Shown: piece after piece, positions 38,321-52,771 of the stretch
How positions within the stretch are numbered: position 1 is the stretch's first letter
Layout of the letters: every line of letters begins with the position of its first letter
Assembly: GCF_963921235.1 (NCBI RefSeq)
Contig: NC_086097.1
Location: forward strand, 132,248,001 to 132,312,000
Origin: Mobula hypostoma
Taxonomy: Eukaryota
DNA: 64,000 nt
Reading direction: 5' to 3'
Translations under genes and position numbers: made by a program
The notes under the pieces: generated by a model
The model's database searches: none
What the model was told of the DNA's origin: nothing
The model's input: the letters and a program-made list of their open reading frames with translations, nothing else

Positions 38321-39837
38321 TTTTTTAAATTCTTTCAGCATTTTTGGTCTTCTGGCACTGTGAAACCCTTGCTTTCAAAACTCATGCAGACTTTGAAAGA
38401 ATAAGTTGAAGCCAAATGCAAACACCATTGTCTTATACCTTAGCCTGTTTCTGTGTGCTTACTGTTAACAATGTTAATAAAGCTCATTAGTCAAGGAGCT
38501 CAAATCTAATGGTTCAATAGTTTACAAGCAATTGCAATGCTTTTGAGCAAGGTTACGTTAATTCTGATAAAACCAGATGTATAATGTGATGAATCACTAG
38601 AATTCCCTTGAAATATAATGTTTGCAAAATGCAAAGATTAGAAAAAAGTATCAGAATTCAGCTCACAATTTAAATATAAAAAAGTTTGCTTAAAATAAAA
38701 CAATCAGAAAAATTCAGTGAGTTTGTAAACTTATTTTCTTCGTTTATGATCCTTGGATCGAAAGCTTCAGTAATGTGTCTGCTTTATGGATTTAAGGTCA
38801 CAATGACAGCAATATTCAGTTTTCCTTTTGCACTAATTAGCACTAAAATCAACCTTTAATTCTCTTTCAATGCCCATTGATTACTGTTATGCCATTATGG
38901 TAAAACTATATAATGAGGCATGGGGCTCTGAATTGAAAAATCTGACATGCAGTCCACTTGCTTTTCATTGCTGATAAATGTCATAAGCTGCAAACTGCCT
39001 CTTGCTCCTTTTAGTGTCCAATATTTGACACAAATTGTGCAGCCAGAAGCACTGAATTAAAAAAAAGAGTATTTAAAGTCATACCATTTAGTACTTTGGG
39101 TTAACAAAATTGCTTTTTAACTTTCTAAAATAGGGCATTTTATTTCCACTGGAACCTGTCCAAATGTATATTGAAAAACTCAGTGCAAAATTGCATATGT
39201 TTCAAACCGCATTTCCATCTGCTGTCCCTATACAAGTATATATTGGAAAGATACCTTTTAAAGTCTGTGTTTTGTATACAAAAGCTGGTATGTTAGGATT
39301 GGGTGTAGATGTATGGAGTTTGCCAGATGGGTCAGCAAAATGTACCTCTGCACTAAAGCCAGAGACCTCCATATTTATGCCCAAAAATCCATTTTCAATA
39401 GTGTTCTGCATAACATTTTTCACAGCCCTTTCACATTTTAAACCTGGTCAATACTTAATTACAGCAATTTTCACAGTGCAGTCAGTGTTTGTACAATTAA
39501 ATCAGCAATATCCTGTATAATACAGAAGAGCCTTGATTGGTTTTCATCCAACATTTTATCAACACTTCACATGGCATGATGTACAAAAAAGCAAATCAAC
39601 GCTGCAGAATGAAGCAGTTTCCCCGAATATCCCTTACATACCTTCTTCCAGAACAAAATCAAGGCTGATCTCCCTAACATACTACTGACCAAATTCTATA
39701 CTGCCAGATGTGTCATCTTTTGGATGAGGAGTTAAGACAAGACCCTATCTTTTCAGTTTGTTGGGCACAAGTGATTTTGTGATTCTTTTCCAAAGGAAGA
39801 TAATTCTAGCCAGGAATAATCTTTCAACTGTAATTTG

Positions 39838-40715
39838 TCATAGAACCCAGAAACAGTGCACAAACAGGCCATTCAGCCCATCTAGCCAGTGCCAAACCAT
39901 GTCTGCCTAATCCCATCGACTTGCACCCAGACCATAGCCCTCCATACACCTCCCATCCATATACCTACCCAAATTACTCTTAAATTCTGAAGTTGAACCC
40001 TCATCCACCACTTCCACTAACAGTTTGTTCCACACTTTCACAACCCTCCGAGTAAAAAGGTTCCCCTTAAGCATTCCACCTTTCAACCTTAACCCAATGC
40101 CTGCTTGCATTTACCCATCTGTACTCCTCAAGATTTTGCATACCTTTATCAAATCTCCCTCCATACATTAATGTTCCAGTGAATAAAGTCTTAACCATTC
40201 AACCTTTCGCCGTAACTCAAGTCTTCAAGTCCTATGTCAAAAGCTTTCTTTACAACCTTACCTACCTGTGACACCACTTTCAACGAATTATGGATCTGTA
40301 TTCCCAGATCCCTCTATTCTACTGCACCCCTCAATGTTCTACCGCTCACAATGAACTACTTCTCACCTGGTCTTTCCTCCCAAAGTGCAACACCTCACAC
40401 TTGCCTGCATTAAATTCCACCTGCCATTTTTCATCATTACACTACAAGTTTAGAAAGTCTTCCTCACTGTCCACTACACTACCAATCATGGTGCCATCTG
40501 CAAATTTGCAGATCCAGTTTACCACACTATCACTCAGATCATTGATGTAGATGACAACCAGCAATAGACCCAGCAGTGATCCCTGCAGCACACCATGAGT
40601 CACAGGCCTCCAGTCAAAGAGGCAACCATCTACTACCACTCTCTGACTTCTCCTGTGAAACCAATATCTAACCCGATTTACTATCTCATCTTGAATGCCA
40701 AGCGACTGAATTAAC
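39838..40715 (-). mobile_element. CR1 fragment with deletions
   Basis: ORF 40442-40777 has GVLQGSLLG.LL.VIYINDL...CKFAD; ORF 39907-40110 has LFTRRVVKVWNKL. Confidence 0.85.
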
Positions 40716-42699
40716 AAACGAGATAAATTAGAGAAGCAAGTAAGAAAAAGAAGTGAATGGGAGCTAATTTCATCCAATTACTTCCATAAATACCTAATGT
40801 TTATGACCAAATAGAATTTTCTCCTTAGTTATCTGGCCTGTCATCTCACCCACAATCGGTATGCCATTTGTCTGTACTCATTTATACAGTCCAATAATAG
40901 ACATCCTTCTAAAATAGTAAAAGATTTTGTTCTTGGTCATTGGGTTTCTGTTATTTTTGACATCACTATGGCACAGATGTTACCAACAACTGACTTTGGA
41001 GACTCAATAAACGGCAGATTCTGAAATCAGGAGCAAAAATCAATCTGCTGGAAGAACTCAGTGGGTCAAACAACATCTGTGCGTGGGAAGGAATTGCCAA
41101 AGATGGAGGATTTGAGCCAGAAACAGATGCTTCTTTATCTTCTGAGTTCATCCAGTTGATTGTTTATTGCAATTAATTGACTTTCATAGGGTGATATAAT
41201 CTAACTCAGATGAACATAATTCTAAATCTTACTCCCCACTCACACATTCTTACCAATCCTTTCCCTATAGTGAGCTCCCAATTACAACATAATCTACCTC
41301 CTTATGTCCTTGCATCTTATTATCTACACCGCACTACACATTTCTTTAACTCTAACTCCTCATTCTGCACTTTGTCATTGTTTTACCTTGTACTACCTTA
41401 AGGCATTTTTGCAATGAATTGAACTGTGTGAATGGAATGCAAAACAAGTTTACTTTATAGGAGCAAACTTGTCTTCCATACATTTTTTCTTACTTACATT
41501 ATTCTATGTCAAAAATGTCTTCTGTTAATATTTACTTGATTTGACGTGGTTGAGGAGTGCAGGGAGCATTGGCTACTTTTGAACAGAGAAGTTTTGAGGT
41601 CAGGAAAAGAATGTTGAGTTGATTACGATGAGGATGAATTTCAGAACCCAAGTGCACCCACTCAGATCTTGCTTGGCTTTCCAACTGTTCCATGCAGATC
41701 TGCCAGCATTTCATAGCTTCAGCACCAGTAAAGGCATGGGGACTTGCATACAAACGCAGAAGTTCACACTTCATGAGCACGCTGTGCACAGTGCAGGATC
41801 TTGCTGAGATTCTCCAGACTGTGAAACCTGCTCTGGGATCCTGTGCCCAATCAGTTCTGATGTAGAATCTGCAGGATCATTCATTAGAATGAGAGGTGTG
41901 GTGCTGCGGGGAAGGGAAGATGTGGTCAGTTATTTTTAATTATTCATGCTTTGATTAATGTTTTTAATTATTTAAGTGTTTTTAAGATTGATTTCCAATT
42001 TACTTATAATCTTCTTTAATTTTTTTAAATCTTTAATTATTTATTTCATTTATAATAGTTTTTAAATGTTTCTTGGGGTGGGACGTTGATGTCTGTCAAA
42101 TCCAAAGGAGTTCACATCCTGATAGCAGGAGCTAGATGTGAACACCCTCTTTTTCTCATTGGAGGTTCTGCAATCATACAGGATTTCATGATTCAACTTT
42201 GGACGTAGAAGTTCAGGGAAAGAGAATAGTGACTACTTCATAAAATCAGTGCCGTTATTTTAATGTTCAAAATATCACTCAGTTAATTTGACCAAGTATT
42301 TTTCTGTTTGGAGGTGTGGGGCTCGGAGAGGTATGGGCTGAGCACAAGAATTTGGGATTAGCTGAGTGGTTGGCATGGAATCATTGGGCTGAAGGGACTG
42401 CACCAAGTGCTCTATTGCTTTATAACTCAATTACACTGATGATACACAAATGTAGTTAAGTAATTATCCTTTTTATTGTTTTCCATGACTTTTATCTATT
42501 GATTTTTATGTTCTGTATGCTGCTGGCTGCTCCAGCATTTAGAATCCATCCCCAATTGTCCTTGAGAAGTTGGTGGTGAGACGTCTTCTTCAAACACTAC
42601 AGTTCTGCAAGTGAATAGACTCCTACAGTGCTGTTGGGCAAAGATATTCAGGATTAAAGATCCTGTAGGTGGAAGGTACAGTGGTTGCCACATACCTGA

Positions 42700-43275
42700 T
42701 TTAGATTTAGATTAGATTATAAGAACACTTAGTTCTCTCTTATTGCCATTTAGAAATGCATACATGCATTAAGAAATGATACAATGTTCCTCCAGAGTGA
42801 TATCACAGAAAACAGGACAAACCAAAGACTAACACTGACAGAACCACATAATTATAACATACAGTTACAGCAGTGCAAAACAATACCATAATTTGATAAA
42901 GAACAGACCGTGGGCACGGTAAAAAAAAGTCTCAAGTCCCAATCGACTCCCGAGTTCCTGATAGCAGGTGCCAAAAGGGAGAAACTCCCTGCCATAAACC
43001 ATCAAGGCACCGTCAACTGCTGATGCCTTGGAAACAGCCGACCACAGCCAACACCGAGTCCTCCATCCAAAAACTTCGAGCCTCCGACCAGCCCCTCCGA
43101 TAAACCCTCCCGAGCGCCATCCTCTGCCAAGTGCCTTCGACCTCGACCCGGCTGCCAAAACAAGCAAAGCCAAGGATTCAGGGCCTTCTGCTCTGGAGAT
43201 TCCAGTTACCACACAGTAGCAGCAGCAGCGAAGCTGGCATTTCAGAAGTTTCACCAGATGTTCCTCCATACTCTC
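42700..43275 (-). mobile_element. Non-autonomous retroelement ((atcta)n family), 5'-truncated
   Basis: Homologous to 20843-21535; tail atttagatttagattagatt. Confidence 0.75.
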
Positions 43276-43479
43276 ACCCCTGATACCCTTGACTTCATAG
43301 TAGTAAAGGCCATGGGTTTGGGAAGAACTGAAGGTGAGTAACTACAGTGTATTTTCTCACAGTGCATATTGCAACCATTGTGAACACTTAGTGGTGAGAA
43401 TGAGTGCTTAGAATTGGAATTGGTTTATTATTGTCAGATACAGTGAAAAGCTTGTCTTGTACACTGTTCATACAAATTA

Positions 43480-46310
43480 AATCACATCAGAAACAGGTTT
43501 ATTATCATTTGACGTATGTTGTGAAATGTGTTGTTTTGTGGCAGCAGGTCTGTGCAATACACACAACTACAATAAATTGTAATAACAATATGTAAAAAAA
43601 ATTGTGCAAAAAGAGAGCAAAATGATGGTGGAGGGGAAGGAGCTGTTCATAAAAAGTTGAGTCTTTTTCTTCAGAGTCCTGTGGACATTTTTTATTGGTA
43701 ATAATGAGAAGAAGGCATGTCCTGGATGGTGAAGGTCCTATATGATGGATGCTGCCTTCTTGACGCATCAGCTTTTGAAAATGTCCTAGAAGGCTAATTC
43801 CCATGCTGGTACTGGCTGAGTTTACAACCCTCTGTAGCTCTTTCCAATTCAGTGCTTTGGCACTTCATAACGAAATGGTATAACAGCCAGTTAGAATGTC
43901 TCCATTATGTCTGCAAAATTTGCTAGTCTTTGGTGACACACCAAATCTCAAACTCTTAATGACATATAGCTTCTGGTGTGCCTTCTTTGTAATTGCATCA
44001 ATTTGTTGAGCTCAGGCTAGATTTTCAGAGAAGTTGACACCCAGGAATTTGAAACTGCTCGCCCTGACTCACTGCTGACCCGTCGATGAGAACTGGTGTG
44101 TGTTCTCCTGATTTCCACCATTAACTCCTTGGTCTTACTGACAATCAGCTGATGTTTCTCACTCCTGTGCGCCTCCTTGTCACCACCTGCCAGCAATGGC
44201 TGTGTCATTAGCAAATTAATAAAAAGCTCTTGAGCTGTTCTTAGCCACGTCATCATGAATGTAGAGAGAGTAGAGCAGTGGGTGAAGAGTGCGTCCTTGA
44301 GGTGCACCCATGTGGATTGTCCACAGGAGGAAATGTTACTTCCGATCTGCACTGACTGTGGTCCATTGATGAGGAAGTCGGGAATCGAGTTGCTGAGGGA
44401 GGTACAGGGGCCCAGGTTTTGAAGCTTGTTGATCAGTACTGGCGGGTGAGCAGCAATCAATCTATATCAGCCTAACGTAAGCATTGGTGCAGGTTGCCCA
44501 AGGCCGAAACAAGAGCCTGTGAGATTGAATCTTCTAAGACATAGGAACAGAAACAGGCCATTCAGCCCATTGAGTCTGCTCCACCATTCCATCATGGCTT
44601 ATCCAGGATCCTACTCAACCCTATACACCCGCCTTCTTGCCATATCCTTTGGTGTCCTGATCGATCAGGAAATGATCAATTTCAGCCTTCAACATATGCA
44701 CAGACTTGGCCTCCACCACGGTCTGCGGCAAAGCATTATGTAGACCTGTTGTGGCATTAGGAAAATTTCAATGGGCCCAAGTCCCTGCTCAGGCAAGAGT
44801 TAATTTTAGTCATGATCAACCTCTCAAAGCACTTCATCACAGTAGATGTGAGTACTACTGGGCAATAGTCATTGAGGCAGTTCACCCTGATCTTCTTAGC
44901 CACTGGTATGATTGATGCCCTTTTGAAGCAGGTGGGAACCTCTGACTACAGCAGTGAAAGATTGAAGATATCTTTCATCACTCCAGCCAGTTGGTTGGCA
45001 CAGGTTTTGTTGGCAATGATGCCTTGCAAGGGTTTACCTCTAGAAAAATATTCAGATGTCGGCCTCCCAGACAGATGACAGGGTCATCAGATGCTGCAGG
45101 AATTTGCACAGGTTTAGTTTTATTTTCCCTTTCAAAGCATGCATAAAAGGTGGTCAGTTCATTGGGAAGTGAACATCACTGCCGTTTATGACATTATATT
45201 TCACCTTGTAGGAAGTTTGTAGGCCTCCAAACACTGCCATAGCTGATGTGCATCCAATTTTTTCACTAACTTCACTTGGAATTACCATTTCTTTTTAATA
45301 TAGCCTTCTGTAGGTTATATATGGCCTCTTGTAGAGATTTGGATCACCAGTTTTGAACACCACAGATCTAGTCCTCAGCAGACTGCAAATCTTCTGATTC
45401 CTTCATGGCTTATGGTTTGGGTATGTCCAGTATGTTCTCGAAGGCATACACTCATCCACACAGGTCCTGATGAAGTCAGAGACAACTGTGGCATATTCAT
45501 TCAGATCCAAGGATGAATTCCTGAATGTGATCCAGTCCATTGATTCAAAGTAGTCCTGTAAACACTCCCCTACCTCCATTGAGCATACCTTTGTGGTCCT
45601 CACCACTGGTGCTGGGGTCCTCAGTCTCTGCCTGTATGCCAGAGTAGAAGGTAATTAGATTTGCCAAAGTGCAGGCATGGGATGGCAAAGTAAGTGTCTT
45701 TGTTAGTCATGTAGAAATGACCAAGTGTGTGGGGATATTTTGGTTCCACAGGTGATATGTCGGTGGTTGTTGGTTAGAAATGTTTTCAAGCTGTGCTGGT
45801 TGAAGGACCCTCACATTGATTGGGAAGGCATCAGGGTGTGCTGTCTTGTGACTGTTGATTTTGGAACTCAACTCTTTCAGCGCCAGCCTTGTGTTGGCCT
45901 GGGGTGGAATGTACACTACAACCAGGATTACAACACAATTTATGGCACTTGACAGGCAGAGATTCCAGGGCAGGGGAGGAGGACTGAGAAAGAACGACTA
46001 TATCTGTACACCACAATGAGATAATCATGAAGCATATCCTGCTACCTCTGGCTTTACCTGATGCTGCTGTACAATCGATGCAGTGGAAAGTGAAGCCCTT
46101 GGGATAAAGCACTGTGTCTGGTGCGCTAGGGGTGAGCCACGTCTCTGAGAAGCAAAATACACAGCAGTCTCTGATGTCCTTCTGGTACTGTAATATTCTG
46201 AGGTCTTTCATTTTATTTTCCAGAGATTGTACTTTAGACAGGAGGATGATAGGGAGTGGGGGACTTGGACCCCTGAATTTCAGTTTGATCTTCAACCCAG
46301 CTTGGTGATT
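43480..46310 (-). mobile_element. Rex1/Babar LINE, long degenerate copy (APE endonuclease + RT) with a nested CR1 tail at ~44535-44730
   Basis: APE N-terminus PLPIILLSKVQSLENK...FCFSETWL; LQDYFESMDW..F; RT LINKLQNLG.CTSL. Confidence 0.85.
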
Positions 46311-46769
46311 GCACTTTCTTAAAGAGAAACTGTAGCAAAATACAATTCACACTTACAAAAATAAATGATTATCACTACAAATAAGAGCTTACTGTGCACA
46401 AATTGGCCACTTGTTTTTCCAAGTGATTTTAATTTATTGTAAACTACTTTCCAATATTCTAAAAGGAATTCACCATTTTTTACAAATGTGTCTTTATCAC
46501 TGATTGATGAGGCAACTGATCTGCCCAAGACTACAAAAAATTCCAGAGAGCTGTGGACACAACTCAGTCTATGATGGGAGCTAGCTTCTTCTTTATTGAC
46601 TTTGTCAGTAGTTCACACTGCATCAGGAAAGCAGCCACCACAATCAAAAGCAGCTCCCATTCTGGATCCTGTCCCACATTTGATTGGGCAGAAGATACAG
46701 AAGGTTGAAAACATGCACCACCAGGCTCAAGTATATCTTCTATTCCATGACTCTTGTACTATAAAGATG

Positions 46770-47562
46770 GCACCAGCAAAGTCCTCCAGACAGTTCACAA
46801 AACTACTTTTACTTCTTTCAACTATCTACTATTAAACTGCATGTGATTGGAACCTATGGAACCATCTTGATATTGTGTTTTGGGGCCGATTGAGTGTTCT
46901 GGCACTTTGCTGTCTTTTAGGGACTTTGGTGAGGTTGAAAGTGGAATGTATGGCCTGGTGGCCTGAAAGTCTGCAAGCCCATGACTGCTTTGCTTCTTTC
47001 CAAGGGAGGCATTGCGCAAGTTTCAAGTCAACAAAGACGAGAGCAGGATGTGGGTGGGTGCTTGGCGCTGCCTGCTTACGTTTGACGAGGCCTCCTCTCT
47101 CTAGCTGCTGTCGGAGGAAAGCCCAGGTGTCTTGGCAAAGATTGATTGGCAAGGCTCATGGCTGTGGTCTTGTTTTTGGAGACTTTGAGGTTCATGTTAA
47201 GTATGCTTTGGAATTCTGGTTAATCTCTTTTGCTGTTTTTGAGTGGCTTAATAAAGACAATCGATGTGGACTGGGGCGATTGGTCAAAGAATGGGTCTGT
47301 GGCCTGCAGTGGGCTAGCGACGTTGAGCTGAATTAAACCAAGTACTATGGGGCTCCTGGCTTGATGTTTGATATATTATGTGTTGTTCGCTCACTTTTTG
47401 CCATTTGCACAATTTATTCTTTTTTTGCACATTGGATGTTTGATGTTTTCTTGAGCAGGTTCCATGATGTTTCTCTGTTTCATGGCTGCCTGCAGGAGGA
47501 CAAATCTCAGAGTTGTATTCTGTATGCGTACTTTGAAAATAAGCAGTCTTTGAATCTTTGAA
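46770..47562 (+). mobile_element. Non-autonomous Rex1-related repeat
   Basis: Begins near aagatggc; 3' end shared with 5225-5480. Confidence 0.55.
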
Positions 47563-48734
47563 CTCTTGACGTCACAACCTACCTCAACATAACCCTTGTT
47601 TCTTATTGTCTATCTGATCTACCTGTACTGCTCTCTCCCTGCAACACTACATTTTGCATTCTGTTACTGTATTGCCCTTTGTACTAACTCTATGAACTTG
47701 TGTTTTGAAATTATCTGTGTGGATGGCATACAAAACATTTTTTTTACTGTATCTCAGTTAATATGTCAATAATAAACTAGTTACCAATTATTACATTGTA
47801 AAGATTGGGCCTTAACACAATGGGGGTTACAGGAGAGTTATTTGGGGTTGACCCCTCCCCCATGAATTTTCCCACTTCCCTGTGCCCAGGAGAACTGGAA
47901 TACCTAACATGGAAAAGTACTGAGGATTATTGGATCAGGTCACTGAGCATGTGCCATCATTTAATTAGATCACAGCCGATCGAAACTAGTCACATCTGTG
48001 TAAGCTCATTGAGTGAATGCACCACCTAAACCAGCAGAGGGTCTCTGGGCCAAAAACGGAAAATCTTTTACACGTAAAAGCTCCTTCAAATTTCTTCCAC
48101 TGGTAAATGTCTAGGGAATGGGAATAGTGCAAAATAAATAGGGCCCTGCTGCAATGGACATTAGAAAAAACTCTTAATTTTTTTGAAAAGAATCATGAAG
48201 AAAGATATCACTGCAGACATGATGGTGTTCTAAAGCAATCTGCCTCAGTGAGGGTTAAGGGATAGAATTCATTTGTGATGTCCCGGACATAATCTTTCCC
48301 AAAGAGCACATTATTCTTCTTCTATGAATTTTCAAAGCTAATGCTGATGGGTGGCAAGCAATTAAAGCTGATCAATATGTAATTTAGGGCGGGCTGACAT
48401 GCTTTTGAATTCCCTGGATCGAGATTGAATGAGCTTCAGTCCTCTCCTCGAGGAAGGCAAAGGAGGGGGCAGGGTGGGAGGGAGTGAAAACTGATCAAGC
48501 TCATTGTGATTAATAAATGGTGTGATAGTTTGGGTGGAGGGATAGTTGCCTGGAAACTGGATTTCCCCCTAATTTGGCTGATTAAGTGTGCACTCTGTTT
48601 AACCCTGATGTCCATTTGGGTGATTCGCAAAACTGGATAAAGGCACCTGCTGGTTCAGAACAAGAGCCGTGTGGAAGGTACAATGGCGTGCATCAGCACA
48701 GGAATGAAATCTGGGAGGGTGGTCAAACATTAAA

Positions 48735-49700
48735 AGCTTTTCTCTTTGGAGCGAAGGAGAAGAGAGGTGACTCTATAGAGGTAGATGTGATTATGAGAGG
48801 CATAGACAGAGTGGACAGTCAACACCTTTTACCCAAGGTGAAAAAGGCTAATACCAGAGGATATACATTTAAAGTGAGTGGAGGAAGGTTAGGGGAGATG
48901 TCAGAGGTAGATTTTTTTTATGTACAGAGAGTGGTAGGTGCCTAAAAATGCACTACTGGTAGGTGATATTAGAGGCTGATGCAATAAGTACAGTTAAGAA
49001 TTTCTTAGGTAGGCAGAAAAGTGTTGAAAAATGGAGGGTTGGGGCTGTGTAGGACTGGAAGGATTAGATTGATCATGGAGTCGGTTTATAGAGGTCAGTA
49101 CAACATCGGGCTGAAGGGCCTGTACTGTCCCATGCTGTATGATCTAGACCCTCTTTCCAGCTACAGGAACAACCACTATGCAGGCAAGGAAAATGTGAAT
49201 GAGGAGGGGAGCCGTAATCTCGATTTGTGTATGTGGCCTAAATCCCTGTCCAGAGTACCAGATTCCAGACCACTGCCAGAAAGGACTGATCTACCTGCCA
49301 GACATTACAACATCTTGCACACCGATCCAATGATCAATAGGGGGAACATACAGTGATATTTCACAGAGACGAGGTTATATAAAACCATAAAAGGTGTAGA
49401 TAAAGTGGATGGTCACAGAGTAGGGAAATCTGAAACTAAGGGCATAGCTTTAATGGGAGAGGGGAAGGATCTGAGAAGTATCTGAAGAGCACATTTTTCA
49501 CTTGTATGGCATGAGCTGCCAGAGGAATGATAGAGACAGATACAATGAGAATGCTTCAGTGGCATTTGGAGAGGTACATGGAAAGGTTTGGAGCGATATG
49601 CGCTAAACACAAGCAAGAAGAACCATCTCAATGAGGCTACCTGGTTGGCATGGATGAGATGGACAAAGTACCTGTTTCCATACTGTATAACTCTATGTCA
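48735..49700 (+). mobile_element. Two CR1 3' remnants
   Basis: RGDSIEV..IMRGIDRVD...NTRG..FKV (48760-49140); a second copy at 49365-49700. Confidence 0.7.
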
Positions 49701-50554
49701 AACCATAGAAAATGAATTTGGCAGAGGTTAAGTGTAAAGTATTGCTGTCCTGTGAATTTAACTCGCATTACCCTTTGGGCTGTGTGGTTTGATTCCAGAT
49801 TTTTATTATGATCGATAAACAAAGGTTAAAATAAAAATTGTTCATAAATGTTATAAGTTTATTCCGGGAATTGCAGTGATGGTCGTTGCAGCTGTGACGA
49901 CATCCTTGAATGTATATCCAACTCTAGGAGAATGCAGGGTGCACTTCCATGGATTATGCCTGGAGTTGTCCAATTTTTGGTGGAATTTTGTGCCACACGA
50001 AAATAATGACTAGGTTGATCTGACCCAAAGAAGACCAGTTTTATTTGTAATTCACACATTAGAATAAGACTTAATTTCCATTTAGATATTTTCACAATGG
50101 GAGAGAGAGAGAGACAAAAACAATGTGGCCTCTAATGAATCCAGCAAGACATTTAACTTGATCAAAGAATATTGGAACTTCCAAAGTGTGTACTTTCTGT
50201 GATGAAATGTGTTTGAGGTGAACAGAATTTAGTAAAGGGAAAACCTAGTAAACACATGAATAAGAACGGAATAGAACCTAAAGGTGAAGGCGTGATTAGT
50301 GGGAGGATGTTTGTCTAAAGCTGACACTAGTTATATAGCTTGTTTCTGAACTAGCTCCCTGGGATATAAATGACCCAACTTCTGAAAATCCAGCTTAATG
50401 TAAATTTCTAATACATCTTCTAGGCATTTTTCACCTAATAATAGTAATAAAATGTTTCACAGTATTCATTAATGACTAGTGACATTCCATTAGCTGAATT
50501 GTGGGAGGCATTGGGGGTGATTATTCAATGATTAGGTGGCATCTGGAGTATTAC

Positions 50555-51100
50555 ATTCACTTCTGCATGCCCCATAGTAGGAAGGATGTGGAAGCTGCGG
50601 AGAGGGCACAGAAGAGGTTTAGTAAGATGCTGCATGGATTAGAGGGTATGAGCTGAGAGGAGAGGTTGAACAAACTTGGACTGTATTCCCTGGAGCAGCA
50701 GAGACTGGGGAGAGACCGCTTAGAAGATAATAAGGCATAGATAAGTAGAGAGTAGAACATTTAAGGTGAGGGGGATGAAGTTCAAAGAAGATATTCAGGG
50801 CAAGCTTTTTTCAAGAGAGTGCTGGGTGCCTAGAATGCCAGAGTTGGTGATGCAGGCAAATACAATAGAGCAGGATTTCTCACCCCTCAGTTAATGGTGA
50901 GGCTCCGTGGCATGAAAAGGTTGGGAACCCCTGTGATAGAGGCATTTAAGAGGCTCTTAGAAAGGCACATTAACGTGCAAATAATGGAGGGATATGGACT
51001 GTGTGCAGGCAGAAGGAATTTAATTAGGCATCATTAGCTTAATTACTATATCAGCATAGACATTGTGGGCTGAAGGGCCTGTTCTTGTGCTGTGCTATAT
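50555..51100 (+). mobile_element. CR1 3' fragment with a ~63-bp hAT-like mini-MITE at 50871-50933
   Basis: CR1 text is interrupted by cagg...ggttgggaacccctg, flanked by caatagag / tgatagag. Confidence 0.7.
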
Positions 51101-52079
51101 GAATTTTTAAATGAAATGAAAGAACTATAGCCAGTATATGTGGAGCAATACCATATGAAATACTATAGAAACTGATGTTGTTTATTTCATCAGTAATCAG
51201 CACAGTTCTCAGGAACCAAAACCCTTACATAAACAAGGATTGCTTGTATCATATTTTAGTTGTAATTTTGAATAAACTAAGAACTCTGACCAGTATTCTT
51301 TCCTACTCTTCTGGGATTCTTCCAGTCATGCAGTCCGTATGAAACACTGAACTTGACATACCCTCATTGGAGAGTAATTCATTAAATATCTACTAACCAA
51401 TGAGATAACAATTATTATTGAGAATCCATTGATCAATATAATGAGAAGTTAAGATGTTCTGCTTACAATTGGTTTCTATGGTAAATGCCAGGTAGTTCAT
51501 TGGGAGCTTATGATTGCAGTGTTGTGTGGTCTGGTTATTACCAATGGATCCACCCCATTGGAATGGAGCTACAGCAGGTACTAACCTTCCATAAATGCTC
51601 TGTCAAATGTGGAACTAATCCAATGAAGAGTCATGTTTTACTACAATGAAGAAACTACATCCTGTCAAACTTGTGGTGCCCAGTGTTTCCAATGATATCA
51701 ATAGCAGGTGTGGGCAAATGAATAAGAGGCAAAAAGAAAGGCAGCTATCTTTCATTTATAATATTTTGCTTAACTTTTATAATGTCTTACTTACTGGTGC
51801 TCCCCAGTTTACAACAGGATTCCATTCCTGAGAACCAACCATTCATAAGACAAATAGTTCACAAGTTGGAAATGCAGACATCTGGCAATATATTTTAATT
51901 AAAAAGCACTGGCCAAACAATGGGAATGTGTAGTTAAACCAGGGCATTTAAATCAATCCACAGATTTCTCTGCAAGATGTAATGTTATTGTCACAAACCA
52001 AGTTCCCACATGACTGTAGCTGCCTGCATCCCCGCTGTAGCCGTCAAATCCATCCTCATCCATCTCACTGGTCTCCCAA

Positions 52080-52771
52080 CACTCACAACACGCTGGAGGA
52101 ACTCAGCAGGTTGGGCAGCATCTGCGGAAAAGATTAGTCAATGTTTTGGGCCCGAACCCTACGTCAGGACTGAAGAGGGAGGGGGCAGAGACCCTATAAA
52201 GGAGGTGGGGGGAGGAGGGTGGGAAGGAGAAGGCTGGTAGGTTCCTGGTGAAAAACCAGTAAGGGGAAAGATAAAGGGGTGGGGGAGGGGAAGGCAAGGA
52301 GGTGATAGGCAGGAAAGGTGAAGAAAGAATAGGGGAAAACACAGTGGGTAGTAGAAGGAGGCGGAACCATGAGGGAGGTGATAGGCAGCTGGGGGAGGGG
52401 GCAGAGTGATACTGGGATAGGGGAAGGGAGGGGGAGGGAATTTCCGGAAGTTGGAGAATTCTATGTTCATACAAAGGGGCTGGAGACTACCTAGACGGTA
52501 TATGAGGTGTTGCTCCTCCAACCTGAGTTTAGCCTCATCATGGCAGTAGAGGAAGCCATGTACGGACATATCTGAATGGGAATGGGAAGCAGAGTTGAAA
52601 TGGGTGGCTACTGGGAGATCCTGTCTGTTTTGGCGGACGGAAAGGAGGTGCTCGACGGAGCAGTCCCCCAATCCGCGTCGGGTTTCACCGATGTAGAGGA
52701 GGCCGCACCGGGAGCACCAGATGCGGCAGACGGAGCCGAGGTGAACCCCAGCATCTGCAGATTATTTTGTG
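52080..52771 (-). mobile_element. Penelope-like element, 5'-truncated (GIY-YIG C-terminus + pLTR)
   Basis: LYIGETRRGLGD..EHL.SVRQ..DLPVATHFN...EEQHLIYRLGSLQP..MNIEFSNFR. 15-bp TSD tcactggtctcccaa (52065-52079; 52772-52786). Lies in a Tigger-like remnant. Confidence 0.92.

Noticed and set aside
39164..39520. Overlapping 118-aa and 73-aa ORFs as a host exon
   Set aside because: No recognisable domain or convincing splice sites.
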